Positions 1-9,248 of a stretch of DNA of 64,000 bases are shown in pieces (position 1 is the first letter of the stretch; every line of letters begins with the position of its first letter). The notes under the pieces were generated by a model. The model saw nothing but the letters and a program-made list of their open reading frames with translations, ran no database searches and was not told the origin of the DNA. The DNA is from Candidatus Kaiserbacteria bacterium RIFCSPHIGHO2_01_FULL_53_29 (GTDB lineage Bacteria > Patescibacteriota > Minisyncoccia > Phycocordibacterales > UBA2100): assembly GCA_001781125.1 (NCBI GenBank), contig MFKT01000029.1, positions 4,040 to 68,039 of the forward strand, given 5' to 3'. Both the position numbers and the translations under genes were made by a program.

Positions 1-289
1 TTGAAGTTGGTTCATTCCGCAATTCTCTACGCGCAGCTTCGATTCCGCTAAGTCGTTCGAAGAACATGTGAAGTTCGAATAAGAACCATCCGTAATCGAG
101 TTCCATAGCTCACTCCTCTTTCTTCATGTCAAAGAGCCGCGTATGAACGCGGCTCTTGGGTTGCGATTGAGTTGCGAGGATACTCGTCTCCCTCAAAAAT
201 TTTCCACAGCCCACGGTATTGAAACCACGTTCCATGGAAAGTTTTTGAAGAGGCTTTACCTATCCTCACTGTTTGCCATCATACACCCG

Positions 290-1141
290 CTAGGTAATAT
301 TGTCAAGTCCAAAAACACGCCTCGAGTTAGCCATAATTCGGGTAGCGACTTTCTCAAAGTCTTCGCCGCGGATGTCGGCGATCTTTTGAACGATGAGGGG
401 GATGTAGGCGGATTCGTTGCGCTTGCCGCGGTGGGGCTCGGGAGTCACATACGGCGCGTCGGTCTCGGAAAGCAACATGTCGAGCGGCGTGTTTCTGATG
501 GCTTCGTCGTAATCGTGGGTAAACGTAATGACGCCGGTGAATGAGAGAGTGAATCCGAAATCCAAGAATTTCTTTGCCGTATCCCAATCCCCCGCAAAAA
601 AGTGCACGTCGCCTTTTACTTTCGCGTGCACTTTGAGAATTTCGAGCGCATCATCGTATGCGCTTGCCTCGCTGGAGCCTTGCGGCAGCGGGTTTCTGAT
701 GTGCAACATCAACGGCTTACCGAGTTTGTTGGCGAGTTCAATCTGTTCAATAAATGCTTTCGATTGCACGTCTTTGGTGCTCTCTTCAACGCGGTAGTAA
801 TCGAGCCCGCATTCCCCGATCGCAATGACACGCGGCGATGCTCCAAGTGTTTCGTACGCGGCGAAGTCGAAGACTTCGCCGCGGGAGGTAAACTCTTTGC
901 CCCCTTCCCCGAGTTCTTTAACGTCGTGGTAAGACTTTGCGGTGTGAACGGGATGCAAGCCGATGGTCGCAAACACATTGTCGTACTTTTCTGCGAGCTC
1001 GACCGCCGCCCTCGATGTATCGAGCTGTGTCCCCACGACATTCATTCCCACTTCTGCCTCTTTGGCACGCACAATACTTGCTTCGCGGTCGTCGTTGTAC
1101 GCGACAAAGTTTACATGCGTATGTGCGTCGAAATATTTCAT
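290..1141 (-). CDS. TatD family metal-dependent hydrolase (DNase)
   Basis: ORF 290..1171; TatD-like motifs (FDAHTHVNF...HxD...SETDAPY); start placed at internal ATG (MKYF). Confidence 0.8.
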   Translation of the reverse strand: MKYFDAHTHVNFVAYNDDREASIVRAKEAEVGMNVVGTQLDTSRAAVELAEKYDNVFATIGLHPVHTAKSYHDVKELGEGGKEFTSRGEVFDFAAYETLGASPRVIAIGECGLDYYRVEESTKDVQSKAFIEQIELANKLGKPLMLHIRNPLPQGSSEASAYDDALEILKVHAKVKGDVHFFAGDWDTAKKFLDFGFTLSFTGVITFTHDYDEAIRNTPLDMLLSETDAPYVTPEPHRGKRNESAYIPLIVQKIADIRGEDFEKVATRIMANSRRVFGLDNIT

Positions 1142-1271
1142 CCCATTAGAAGTCCGTCGCTGGTTGTTCATACATCTGTCTTAAACATTACGTTTCGTTT
1201 GCTTTGCTGACTCAATAAGCTTCGCAGAAAAATTTGGATTAAATCTTTCTGCCCAGGACTTCTAACGGGAT

Positions 1272-2144
1272 TCATATGGCCAAGAGTCCTATCGCAAAGA
1301 ACGATACCACGACCGCAATGAACTTGCGCACATTGATGTGATCGCGGTACCACCACACCGAGAGGACTATCGGTATCAAAATGTAGTGGGCTTGAATGAC
1401 GTAGACGATGCTCACGAGTCCAGTGCTCAAGGCCATGAAAAGCGAGAGCGAGGAAAGGAACGAGAAAACCCCAGAGAGAGCGCTTAAATAGATATCCCGC
1501 TGATCCGCTCGCGAGAAGTTCGAGTATTTGAATCCTCGCTGCTTGACTAAAATGACCCCGGACGTAAAGGAGCCGGTGATTTGCGATATGACAAGGAACA
1601 AAATGACCGCGGATTCGTACGTAACTCCCCGCTTGCTCAAGAGGAGCGACACGGCCGAAAGGACGCCGGAAACGATGAGCAGTTTGAGTCCAAGCGATAA
1701 ATTTTTCTGGCGATGATGTTCAACGGACGTGACAAGGAGTAGCGGAACCGTAAGGCTGAGTGCGATGCCGACATATTGCGTCAGTTTCAGCGCATCGTGG
1801 AACAGCAGCACGCCACCGACGACGACAAGGAGCGGTCCGATGAGCTTATGGAGTGGAAAATAGAGAACACTATCGATGTATTTGAGTGATTCGATGCGGA
1901 CATAGTTGGAGAGGCCGTGGCCGATACCCGCCGCAATGCCGAAGAACGCTATCATTTTCCACGCAGGCGGGGCATCGCGCAGAGAAAACAATATAATAAC
2001 AGCTAATATTGCAGAGACGGCGTAAGAAAGCATCGAGAAGAACGCTGCACTGCGCCCCTCCTCGGCTACTATCTTTTGCATGAAAAGCGCGATACCGGCA
2101 AAGAAAGTCGACGCAAACGTCCACAAAAAGGTCGCCTGATCCAT
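1272..2144 (-). CDS. DMT/EamA-like multi-pass membrane transporter
   Basis: 290 aa, ~10 predicted TM helices, two-lobe EamA-like hydrophobic pattern. Confidence 0.55.
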   Translation of the reverse strand: MDQATFLWTFASTFFAGIALFMQKIVAEEGRSAAFFSMLSYAVSAILAVIILFSLRDAPPAWKMIAFFGIAAGIGHGLSNYVRIESLKYIDSVLYFPLHKLIGPLLVVVGGVLLFHDALKLTQYVGIALSLTVPLLLVTSVEHHRQKNLSLGLKLLIVSGVLSAVSLLLSKRGVTYESAVILFLVISQITGSFTSGVILVKQRGFKYSNFSRADQRDIYLSALSGVFSFLSSLSLFMALSTGLVSIVYVIQAHYILIPIVLSVWWYRDHINVRKFIAVVVSFFAIGLLAI

Positions 2145-2182
2145 GCCTTTCTATTCTAGTGTTCTTAAGAACATAGGAATAG

Positions 2183-3622
2183 TTATCCTTTCCGGGGGAA
2201 AAGATTCTCCGGTTTTTTGTTGTCGCGAATACAGTCCTTGATCTTTTCACTCGTCGTTGGCATAAAGGGTTCGAGAAGTTCGGCAATGACTCCTAGCCGG
2301 CTTACTAATGTACCGATAACTTTTATTGCTTTCTCTCGATCACTTGAAATCAACTTGAATGGCTGCTCCTTTTGAATAACTTCATCGGCGAGGGTTACGA
2401 ATTCCCACACGACACTAATAGCACGATTTATATCAAATTGATCGAGGGCCTTATTGTAAGTAACTGACACGAGTTTTTCTCGGGTCACAGGAGTTGTTAC
2501 GTGGTCAGAGGCCATCTTCATAACTCGAGAAACCAGATTTCCAAGACCGTTCGCAAGATCGGCGTTATAGGCTCCCTTGAATTTTTCTATCGTAAAATCG
2601 GAATCCTCAAAGGGGTGGATATGCCGCGCAAGATAGTAGCGAAGCGCATCGACGCCGTACTCATCGACGATTGCGATAGGATCTATCACGTTCCCGACCG
2701 ATTTGGACATCTTTTCACCACCTATCGTAATAAATCCGTGAATGATTATCTGCTTCGTCGGTGGAAGTCCTGCCGACATGAGCATTGCTTGCCACATCGC
2801 CGTCTGCTGGCGTATTTGGTCCTTGCCTGCCATTTGTATAGCATTTGGGGCATTCTTTGTCCCCCAGAATTTTTCGAAGTTCGCTGTGTTTTCAGGCCAT
2901 CCCAAAGTCGAGATGTAATTAATGAGGGCGTCGAACCATACGAACATGACGTGTTCTTGGTCATCGGGTACTGGAACCCCCCACGGCATCTTTGATTTGA
3001 GCCGAGAAATAGAAAAGTCTTCGAGCCCTTCTTCGACGAACCGTTTTATCTCATTGAACCGGAAATCTGGCACAACGAGCGTGGGATTTTTTTGATAGAG
3101 ATCAAGAAGTTTCTCCCGGTACTTCGAGAACTTGAAGAAATAATTTTCTTCCTCTCTGATTTCAATTTCAAGATTCGGGTGGATGGGGCAGCACCCGTCG
3201 ATAAGCTCTGAATCCGTCTTTTCCAGCTCACATCCAACACAGTATTTGGTCTTGTAGAACTTCTTTTCGATATCGCCGTTAGATTTACAGCGCTTCCAGA
3301 ACTCCTGCGCTGCCGCTTTATGATGCGGATCGGTCGTGCGGATAAAATGCAGGCCGGGAGATAAGCCCAGCTTATCTTTCAGGTCGCGGAATTTCGCAGC
3401 GTATTCGTCCACGTACGCCTGTGTGTCCTTCCCCTCCTCCTGCGCCTTGCGATAGATCTTGAGTCCATGCTCGTCGGTACCGGTATTGAAGAAAACATCG
3501 TCACCAAGAAGTGCATGGTAGCGCGCGACGATATCGGCCTGCACGATCTCAAGCGCGAAGCCAATATGCGGATCGGAGTTCACATATGGGAGAGTTGTCG
3601 TTAAATAAAAAGGCTTCCCCAT
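2183..3622 (-). CDS. metG: methionyl-tRNA synthetase (short form, no C-terminal tRNA-binding domain)
   Basis: class I HIGH-like motif (PYVNSDPHIGF) and KMSKS (KMSKSVGN); zinc knuckle CVGC...CCPIH. Confidence 0.9.
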   Translation of the reverse strand: MGKPFYLTTTLPYVNSDPHIGFALEIVQADIVARYHALLGDDVFFNTGTDEHGLKIYRKAQEEGKDTQAYVDEYAAKFRDLKDKLGLSPGLHFIRTTDPHHKAAAQEFWKRCKSNGDIEKKFYKTKYCVGCELEKTDSELIDGCCPIHPNLEIEIREEENYFFKFSKYREKLLDLYQKNPTLVVPDFRFNEIKRFVEEGLEDFSISRLKSKMPWGVPVPDDQEHVMFVWFDALINYISTLGWPENTANFEKFWGTKNAPNAIQMAGKDQIRQQTAMWQAMLMSAGLPPTKQIIIHGFITIGGEKMSKSVGNVIDPIAIVDEYGVDALRYYLARHIHPFEDSDFTIEKFKGAYNADLANGLGNLVSRVMKMASDHVTTPVTREKLVSVTYNKALDQFDINRAISVVWEFVTLADEVIQKEQPFKLISSDREKAIKVIGTLVSRLGVIAELLEPFMPTTSEKIKDCIRDNKKPENLFPRKG

Positions 3623-3626
3623 GAGA

Positions 3627-4694
3627 CTATTCTGTGGCCTTGCCCAAGCGGCCGGTCTCTATGTCGCGTGCAAGTTCCTGTATCGCCGCCGCCACGGGCA
3701 CAGAGAGAATGACGCCGAGGAAACCGGCGAGTTCGGCACCTATGATGAGCGCGAGGATCACGAGAAGTGGCGGCACGCCGACCACGCGCGTGACGACCAA
3801 CGGGTAAATGAGGTGATTCTCAAATTGCTGGAATATGACATAAAGCGCGACCACCAGAAGGCCGATCGTAACGCCGCCGTCTACAAATCCGATCATGACA
3901 GCGGGCACCGCAGCCAAGGTGGGCCCAAAGACAGGAATAATCTCGAAAACCGCGGCAATAACGGCCAAGACGAGGGCATGCTTCACTCCAAGAATCGTGA
4001 GCCCGAGATAGACCAAAACGCCCATGACGAGCGCCAAGATAAGCTGCCCCTGCATCCACAATCCGATCTTGTGCTGTGCTCTTCGCCACAGATCGAGAAT
4101 ATAGCTTTGGTACTTTTTTGGAGCGATAATGTGCAGGAAATCATCAACTCCCGTCTCCAATACCGCAAAGTAGAAAGAGAAGACGATGATCAAAATGAGA
4201 GAGAAGACTCCTCCGAAGATCGTCGAGATGGTGGTGAAAGCGTCGCCGAAAATGCTGCTGACGTCGAGCGCGCTCCTGATACTCGCCATAATGTCGTTGG
4301 ACGAGACCAGTGATGGCGCAGGAACGCCCAGTATGTTGGCATAGGTATCAAAGGCGCCACTGCGGCTGAAGGCATCAAGATACGTTGGAAGTGTTGCAAC
4401 GAACGTTGCGAAATCTTCGAGGATCGAGGGAAAGAAGAAGTAGAAGAGAACGAAAAAGAGAACGAATAACAAAAGATACACGGTGATAACGGCGAGAGTG
4501 CGCGGCAACCTCCAACGCATAAGCGCCCGTACTCCCGGCTCGATGGCTGAAGCGATCACGACGGCCGCAAGTACGTCCAAGACGATGCCACGAAGTGTGA
4601 AAAGAAGCCACGCAGCTACCAAGATGACGATGGCTTTGACCACCGTCCCCGCCGTGATAGACACATTGATGGAGCGGTCTTCCATTCCCCGCAT
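3627..4694 (-). CDS. AI-2E family (PerM/UPF0118) membrane transporter
   Basis: ORF 3627..4787 trimmed to internal Met to avoid overlap with glyQS; 8 TM helix pattern typical of AI-2E family. Confidence 0.55.
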   Translation of the reverse strand: MRGMEDRSINVSITAGTVVKAIVILVAAWLLFTLRGIVLDVLAAVVIASAIEPGVRALMRWRLPRTLAVITVYLLLFVLFFVLFYFFFPSILEDFATFVATLPTYLDAFSRSGAFDTYANILGVPAPSLVSSNDIMASIRSALDVSSIFGDAFTTISTIFGGVFSLILIIVFSFYFAVLETGVDDFLHIIAPKKYQSYILDLWRRAQHKIGLWMQGQLILALVMGVLVYLGLTILGVKHALVLAVIAAVFEIIPVFGPTLAAVPAVMIGFVDGGVTIGLLVVALYVIFQQFENHLIYPLVVTRVVGVPPLLVILALIIGAELAGFLGVILSVPVAAAIQELARDIETGRLGKATE

Positions 4695-4728
4695 CGTAAC
4701 ATAGCACCTGTAAACGGCTAGCCAGAAG

Positions 4729-6057
4729 TCATTTTTGAGCCCCAACAACGGACAAGAGTTCGGCAACTGCGATGCGTTGCTGCTCACCCGTATCGCGGTC
4801 GCGTATCGTCACCGTGTCTTTCCCGCCAGAGGCGGACCCGCCTCCGGCGGGGAGTTCTCCCAATGTTTCGAAATCAATGGTGATGCAGTAGGGTGTGCCG
4901 ATCTCGTCCTGCCGGCGGTAGCGTTTGCCGATGTTACCGTTATCGTCCCACATTATTTGCGGTACGGATTTTTTGAGCATCTGGTACACCTCGCGTGCCT
5001 TTGCGACGAGCTCGGGTTTATTTTTGAGAAGCGGGAAAACGGCGGCCTTGATAGGCGCGACCGCTTTATTGAATTTTAGATATGTGCGAACATCTTTATC
5101 CGCGCCGTCTTCCCTATAGGCGCTTGCGAGAATGGCAAGAATGGTGCGGTCAACACCGAACGACGGTTCTATCACATGCGGAATGAAACGCTGTCCTCCA
5201 CCTTCCGGCGAATCGTCGAGATATGAAAGCTCCACGCCCGAGGCCGCTGAATGGGCAAAGAGATCGAAATCGGTGCGATATGCGAGCCCGTACAATTCTT
5301 TGCGACCGAATGGGAAATCGAACTCGAAATCTATCGTGCGCTTGGAATAGTGTGCGCGATCACCGTCTGCGACTTCGAGTTCGTGTACCGATTCGCGACT
5401 AATACCCACAGCCTCGTTGAATGAGTGAATGTTTTCCCTCCACATTTCAAATGAACCCTTCCATTGCGTGGGATGAACAAAATATTCGATCTCCATCTGC
5501 TCGAATTCACGTGAACGAAAAAGAAAATCGCGCGGCGCGATCTCGTTCCTAAACGCTTTGCCGATCTGCGCGATGCCGAAAGGCAATTTCGGATGGAATG
5601 AATCGATAATATTCTTGAAATTCACGAAAATCCCGCCGGCTGTCTCGGGCCGCAAATAAGAAATCGATGATTCATCTTCAGTCGCGCCGATCTGAGTCTT
5701 AAACATCATATTGAACTGCCGCACGTCGCCAAACAGTCCGCCGCATTCCGGACACGCCTCGCCTGCCTGATCGGCGCGGAATCTTCGCTTGCATTTTTTG
5801 CATTCGACGAGCGGATCGGAAAATCCGCTCACGTGCCCGCTCGCTTCCCACGCCCTTGGGTTCATGAGGATTGCGGCGTCCAATCCGCACATGTCGTCGC
5901 GATCCTGCACGAACATCCTCCACCAGAGCTGTTTGACATTATTTTTCAACTCGACTCCCAAGGGGCCATAGTCCCACGTACCGGAGAGCCCACCGTAGAT
6001 CTCCGAGCCGGGATAAATAAAGCCGCGACGTTTTGCGAGAGAGACTATTCTTTCCAT
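4729..6057 (-). CDS. glyQS: glycyl-tRNA synthetase (dimeric class II type)
   Basis: ORF 4729..6087; conserved MERIVSLAKRRGFIYPGSEIYGG N-terminus and class II motifs; ATG at 6057 with GAGGT RBS; track start is a TTG. Confidence 0.9.
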   Translation of the reverse strand: MERIVSLAKRRGFIYPGSEIYGGLSGTWDYGPLGVELKNNVKQLWWRMFVQDRDDMCGLDAAILMNPRAWEASGHVSGFSDPLVECKKCKRRFRADQAGEACPECGGLFGDVRQFNMMFKTQIGATEDESSISYLRPETAGGIFVNFKNIIDSFHPKLPFGIAQIGKAFRNEIAPRDFLFRSREFEQMEIEYFVHPTQWKGSFEMWRENIHSFNEAVGISRESVHELEVADGDRAHYSKRTIDFEFDFPFGRKELYGLAYRTDFDLFAHSAASGVELSYLDDSPEGGGQRFIPHVIEPSFGVDRTILAILASAYREDGADKDVRTYLKFNKAVAPIKAAVFPLLKNKPELVAKAREVYQMLKKSVPQIMWDDNGNIGKRYRRQDEIGTPYCITIDFETLGELPAGGGSASGGKDTVTIRDRDTGEQQRIAVAELLSVVGAQK

Positions 6058-6215
6058 GGGTACCTCGCTCATACCCGGCGAGTACAATTTCGAATAATTC
6101 CTGCCGCGGTTTCAACAGCGAAAATATTGCAAAATGTCTGCGTCATGCTTTCTCCCGTACGCTGATTCATACTCATACAAGGCGATTCGAAATTGTCCTG
6201 CCGGGCATAGGACGC

Positions 6216-8180
6216 TCACTTTACCACAGTGGCATTGACCGCACTAAATCCAGGATCGCCGAGAATATTCGTCGTGACGTCCTTCACGTTGCGCGTTATC
6301 GGGGCATTCGTCGACGCATCAGTACCGCTCAAAGAAATATTCTGCAGAAGCGGCGGCTCCTGACCGATCTGGCTCGTGGAGGGGGTGAAGCCGATCGCGA
6401 TCGCGACCTGTCGTGGTTGGGTCCCATTCAATCCCACCCCCGGCGCGATATCGCCCATGTTCCATGTGACGGTGCCATTGCTTTGGTTGAACGTCAGCTT
6501 CCCTGTGTCCGGATCACATTCCGAACGAGGACTGCAGATCCCTACATAGCGCACATAGGGCGGCAGATGCGCGGTGACCTTTGCATCAGAAATTTTATTC
6601 GTGGTGTTCGTGACCGTAAAGACAATGGCGTAGGTGGTTTCCGTCCCCGCCTTCGACGGCATTGGCCCGACACTGCCGAATGGATTCGCATAGTAGAGTC
6701 CCTGTGCCGTGAGCGATAGATCGCTTGCAAGTGAGACTTTTTGGCTCGCTGTGGCCTGTAAGTTTTCCGGCACACCCGATTCTGATACGCGCTTGCCGGC
6801 GGCATTAACAGAAATATTCAGGCGCGGATTGATTATTGTTTTGAGAGTGTCGCTCGTAGGCATTTTGAATGAGAATCCGACCGTTCCGTGGGCATTCGGA
6901 GACAAATTTGTCAGGACACCTCCCGTCGTGGTCTTATCCCAAAGCAGCGTCCCGTCGCTGGATCGATAGAAGCCATCGCTTGTGTGGAGTGTGCTTCCAT
7001 CTATTTCAAATCCAGAGAGCCGCGCCACAATGACCGCATCGAGAATGCTCGTGGGAAGATTATTTTGCCACGCGATCGAGACGGTGACATTGTCCCCGGG
7101 AGAAACGACGACACCAGGCCCCGAAGCGCCATTGATAGAAACGGCGAGACCGAGAAAGGGTCTGGATACCGATATCTTGAATATATTGTCTGCCAAGAAC
7201 CTCTGGATCACCGTGGAAGTCGCGTCGTGGCGCGTGCCAGCGCTAAAGTGAAAGACCCGATCATCGCCTTCTTGTCCGGAGAGCGTACCGTTGATCGTGA
7301 CCGTGCGTTTTTGCCCCGGTGCCAAGTCCCCGATCCACCACAGGTTGCCACTTGAAGGTGGGGGTAGCGCGGAGGAGAATTTGAAGCCGAACGGATACTG
7401 TGCACTTAAGAGCACGTCTTTGACCGGAGCATTCGCGTTGGAAGTGACAGAAACGGTGAGCTCCACCGGCTGGCCGGAAATGGTGTCGTTATTGCCCTCG
7501 ACCACAAGCGAGAGGGGCGAGGAACTGAAAGTAACACTGTAATCCGATGACGCAAGAAAGATCGCACTGGATCCATCGATACGATATTCAAGCTCGACTT
7601 TGATGTCGGCATGTTCGCCCTCGTTCCCGGCAAAGACCGCCGAGACCGTGCCCTGTCTCGTGCCTCCCGACTCGATCGTGCCGAGCGAGATACGCTGACT
7701 CTGAAGTGTCGTCGCAAAATCGGTCGGTGATCGTGTCCCCGAAGGATACGTGATCACAAGATCCGCGAGCTCCAATTCTACTTTGTTCCTGTTCTCAACA
7801 ACGATCTGAAGCTCCGTGGGAAGCCCTCCTTCGATCTGCGGCGGGCCTGAAATGGAAATGCCGATATTATTCGGTGAAGCGACGCTACTCCCTCCACCGA
7901 AAAGAAAAAAGTATCCGAAAAATCCCACTGCACCGATAAAAAAGACGATGGCAATGCCCAAAAACCACCAGAGCGCCGATCGCGCAAGCCCCATCGCGCG
8001 TGGCGCAACAATGATGCCCGCAATTTTCTCTTGCGTCTCGACAAAATCCTCCCCCACAGTTCTCTGCGATGTCCCCAGTGGGCGGCGCGTGCGATCCTGG
8101 ATCTTCGGCGAGAGCGAGCGCGAGTACATTGCACGCCTCAAACGCTCGATCTTTTCCTTCTCATGTTCCGAGAGGTCCAT
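6216..8180 (-). CDS. hypothetical single-pass membrane/surface protein (654 aa)
   Basis: N-terminal cytoplasmic segment, one TM helix, long beta-rich extracellular region; no recognisable catalytic motif. Confidence 0.5.
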   Translation of the reverse strand: MDLSEHEKEKIERLRRAMYSRSLSPKIQDRTRRPLGTSQRTVGEDFVETQEKIAGIIVAPRAMGLARSALWWFLGIAIVFFIGAVGFFGYFFLFGGGSSVASPNNIGISISGPPQIEGGLPTELQIVVENRNKVELELADLVITYPSGTRSPTDFATTLQSQRISLGTIESGGTRQGTVSAVFAGNEGEHADIKVELEYRIDGSSAIFLASSDYSVTFSSSPLSLVVEGNNDTISGQPVELTVSVTSNANAPVKDVLLSAQYPFGFKFSSALPPPSSGNLWWIGDLAPGQKRTVTINGTLSGQEGDDRVFHFSAGTRHDATSTVIQRFLADNIFKISVSRPFLGLAVSINGASGPGVVVSPGDNVTVSIAWQNNLPTSILDAVIVARLSGFEIDGSTLHTSDGFYRSSDGTLLWDKTTTGGVLTNLSPNAHGTVGFSFKMPTSDTLKTIINPRLNISVNAAGKRVSESGVPENLQATASQKVSLASDLSLTAQGLYYANPFGSVGPMPSKAGTETTYAIVFTVTNTTNKISDAKVTAHLPPYVRYVGICSPRSECDPDTGKLTFNQSNGTVTWNMGDIAPGVGLNGTQPRQVAIAIGFTPSTSQIGQEPPLLQNISLSGTDASTNAPITRNVKDVTTNILGDPGFSAVNATVVK

Positions 8181-8221
8181 CGCGAAATTATATCACGGTG
8201 ATGGTGTGCCCTCGCGGAACA

Positions 8222-8656
8222 TTAGAATCTCAATTTATATGGATTTGTTTCGACAATTTCAAATCCGAGCTTTTTATACAATACGTTCGCGGCGGCGCGG
8301 TCGGAGGCACTTGTCAAAAAAAGGCTTCCGACTTTTTTCTTGCGTGCTTCCGCAATTATCGAACGCATAAGTTTTTCACCAAGTCCTTGGCCGCGGTATT
8401 CCTTACCCACAACGACATCTTCGACACACCCGACGCGCTTGCCGACTTTCGGCATCACGTACAGTGTAGCCATGCCGACGATTTTCCCGTCATCCTTGGC
8501 AACCATCAAAATTGCATGTTTATTCTTAACGACTTCGCGCAAATCGGAAAGGGATCCTGAACGTTCTGAAGGTTTCCTGCGCAATTGTGATAACAAATGA
8601 CAAATATCTTTGAGTGCACTCGCGGAGGATACCGTCAGTGGCGCGATCCGAATCAT
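8222..8656 (-). CDS. GNAT family N-acetyltransferase
   Basis: acetyl-CoA binding motif V..GKEYRGQGLGEKLM. Confidence 0.75.
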   Translation of the reverse strand: MIRIAPLTVSSASALKDICHLLSQLRRKPSERSGSLSDLREVVKNKHAILMVAKDDGKIVGMATLYVMPKVGKRVGCVEDVVVGKEYRGQGLGEKLMRSIIAEARKKKVGSLFLTSASDRAAANVLYKKLGFEIVETNPYKLRF

Positions 8657-8671
8657 AGCTAGAGCCTACAC

Positions 8672-9244
8672 TTAGAGGTGCGTTTCCGCAATTGCGCGAT
8701 TGATGGATGAGAGCAGTTTGTCTTTCATCGTCTCCGCTTCGACGAGACTCTCGCCAGTGTATGCGGTGTGGGTGAAAAGCGCGGTCGAAAGCGCTTCGGT
8801 CGAGATGTAGCCGAGCGCAAAGAGGACTCGTGCGACACACACGATCTCGATGGTCGCGAGCGCCTCGCGTTTCGGTCGCATCAGTGCATCGTGCCCTTCG
8901 GCAAGTGCGGCAAAGAGATACGGATTTGCTTCTTCACCCTGGACGAGCCGCGACACGAGAAGTGCGATGCGCGCAAATGCGGCAACGCCTCTCGGATCAC
9001 CGTGCGCCGTTTGGGTTGCAGCTGCGCCAGCAAGGCGCCAGCCACGTTTGCCGCGCACGAGCCCCGTATTTGCGCGCGAATAGTTCTGGAGAGCATAACG
9101 CATCCGCGACGTTTCCTTCCTCACCGCGCTTGCGCGTGCGCGCACGAGCCCGAAATCCTTCGTGTAGAGCGCGAACACCCGATCATTCTCCCCGCTCTCG
9201 CGGCTCCCAAGCACTAACGCGTCTGTTTGATATTTTTGGTACAT
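8672..9244 (-). CDS. recO: DNA repair protein RecO
   Basis: ORF 8672..9307; N-terminal OB-fold signature (DALVLGSRESGENDRVFALYTKDFGLVRARA); start at ATG 9244. Confidence 0.7.
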   Translation of the reverse strand: MYQKYQTDALVLGSRESGENDRVFALYTKDFGLVRARASAVRKETSRMRYALQNYSRANTGLVRGKRGWRLAGAAATQTAHGDPRGVAAFARIALLVSRLVQGEEANPYLFAALAEGHDALMRPKREALATIEIVCVARVLFALGYISTEALSTALFTHTAYTGESLVEAETMKDKLLSSINRAIAETHL

Positions 9245-9248
9245 GTAT

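Noticed and set aside
1-108. Possible 5' end of a minus-strand gene (MELDYGWFLFELHMFFERLSG...) running off the window start, followed by the hairpin AGAGCCGCG-tatgaa-CGCGGCTCT at 133..160
   Set aside because: Only 36 codons are visible and no homology is recognisable; the hairpin may simply be the TatD terminator. Too little evidence to call a feature.
3820-4707. Several 60-110 aa ORFs inside the AI-2E transporter gene (3820..4089, 4190..4399, 4375..4707, 4483..4704)
   Set aside because: They are alternative-frame or antisense ORFs within a well-supported membrane-protein CDS.
6058-6215. T-box riboswitch upstream of glyQS
   Set aside because: Only the ACCGCGG half of the T-box sequence is present and the UGGN bulge is missing; reported instead as a generic structured leader.
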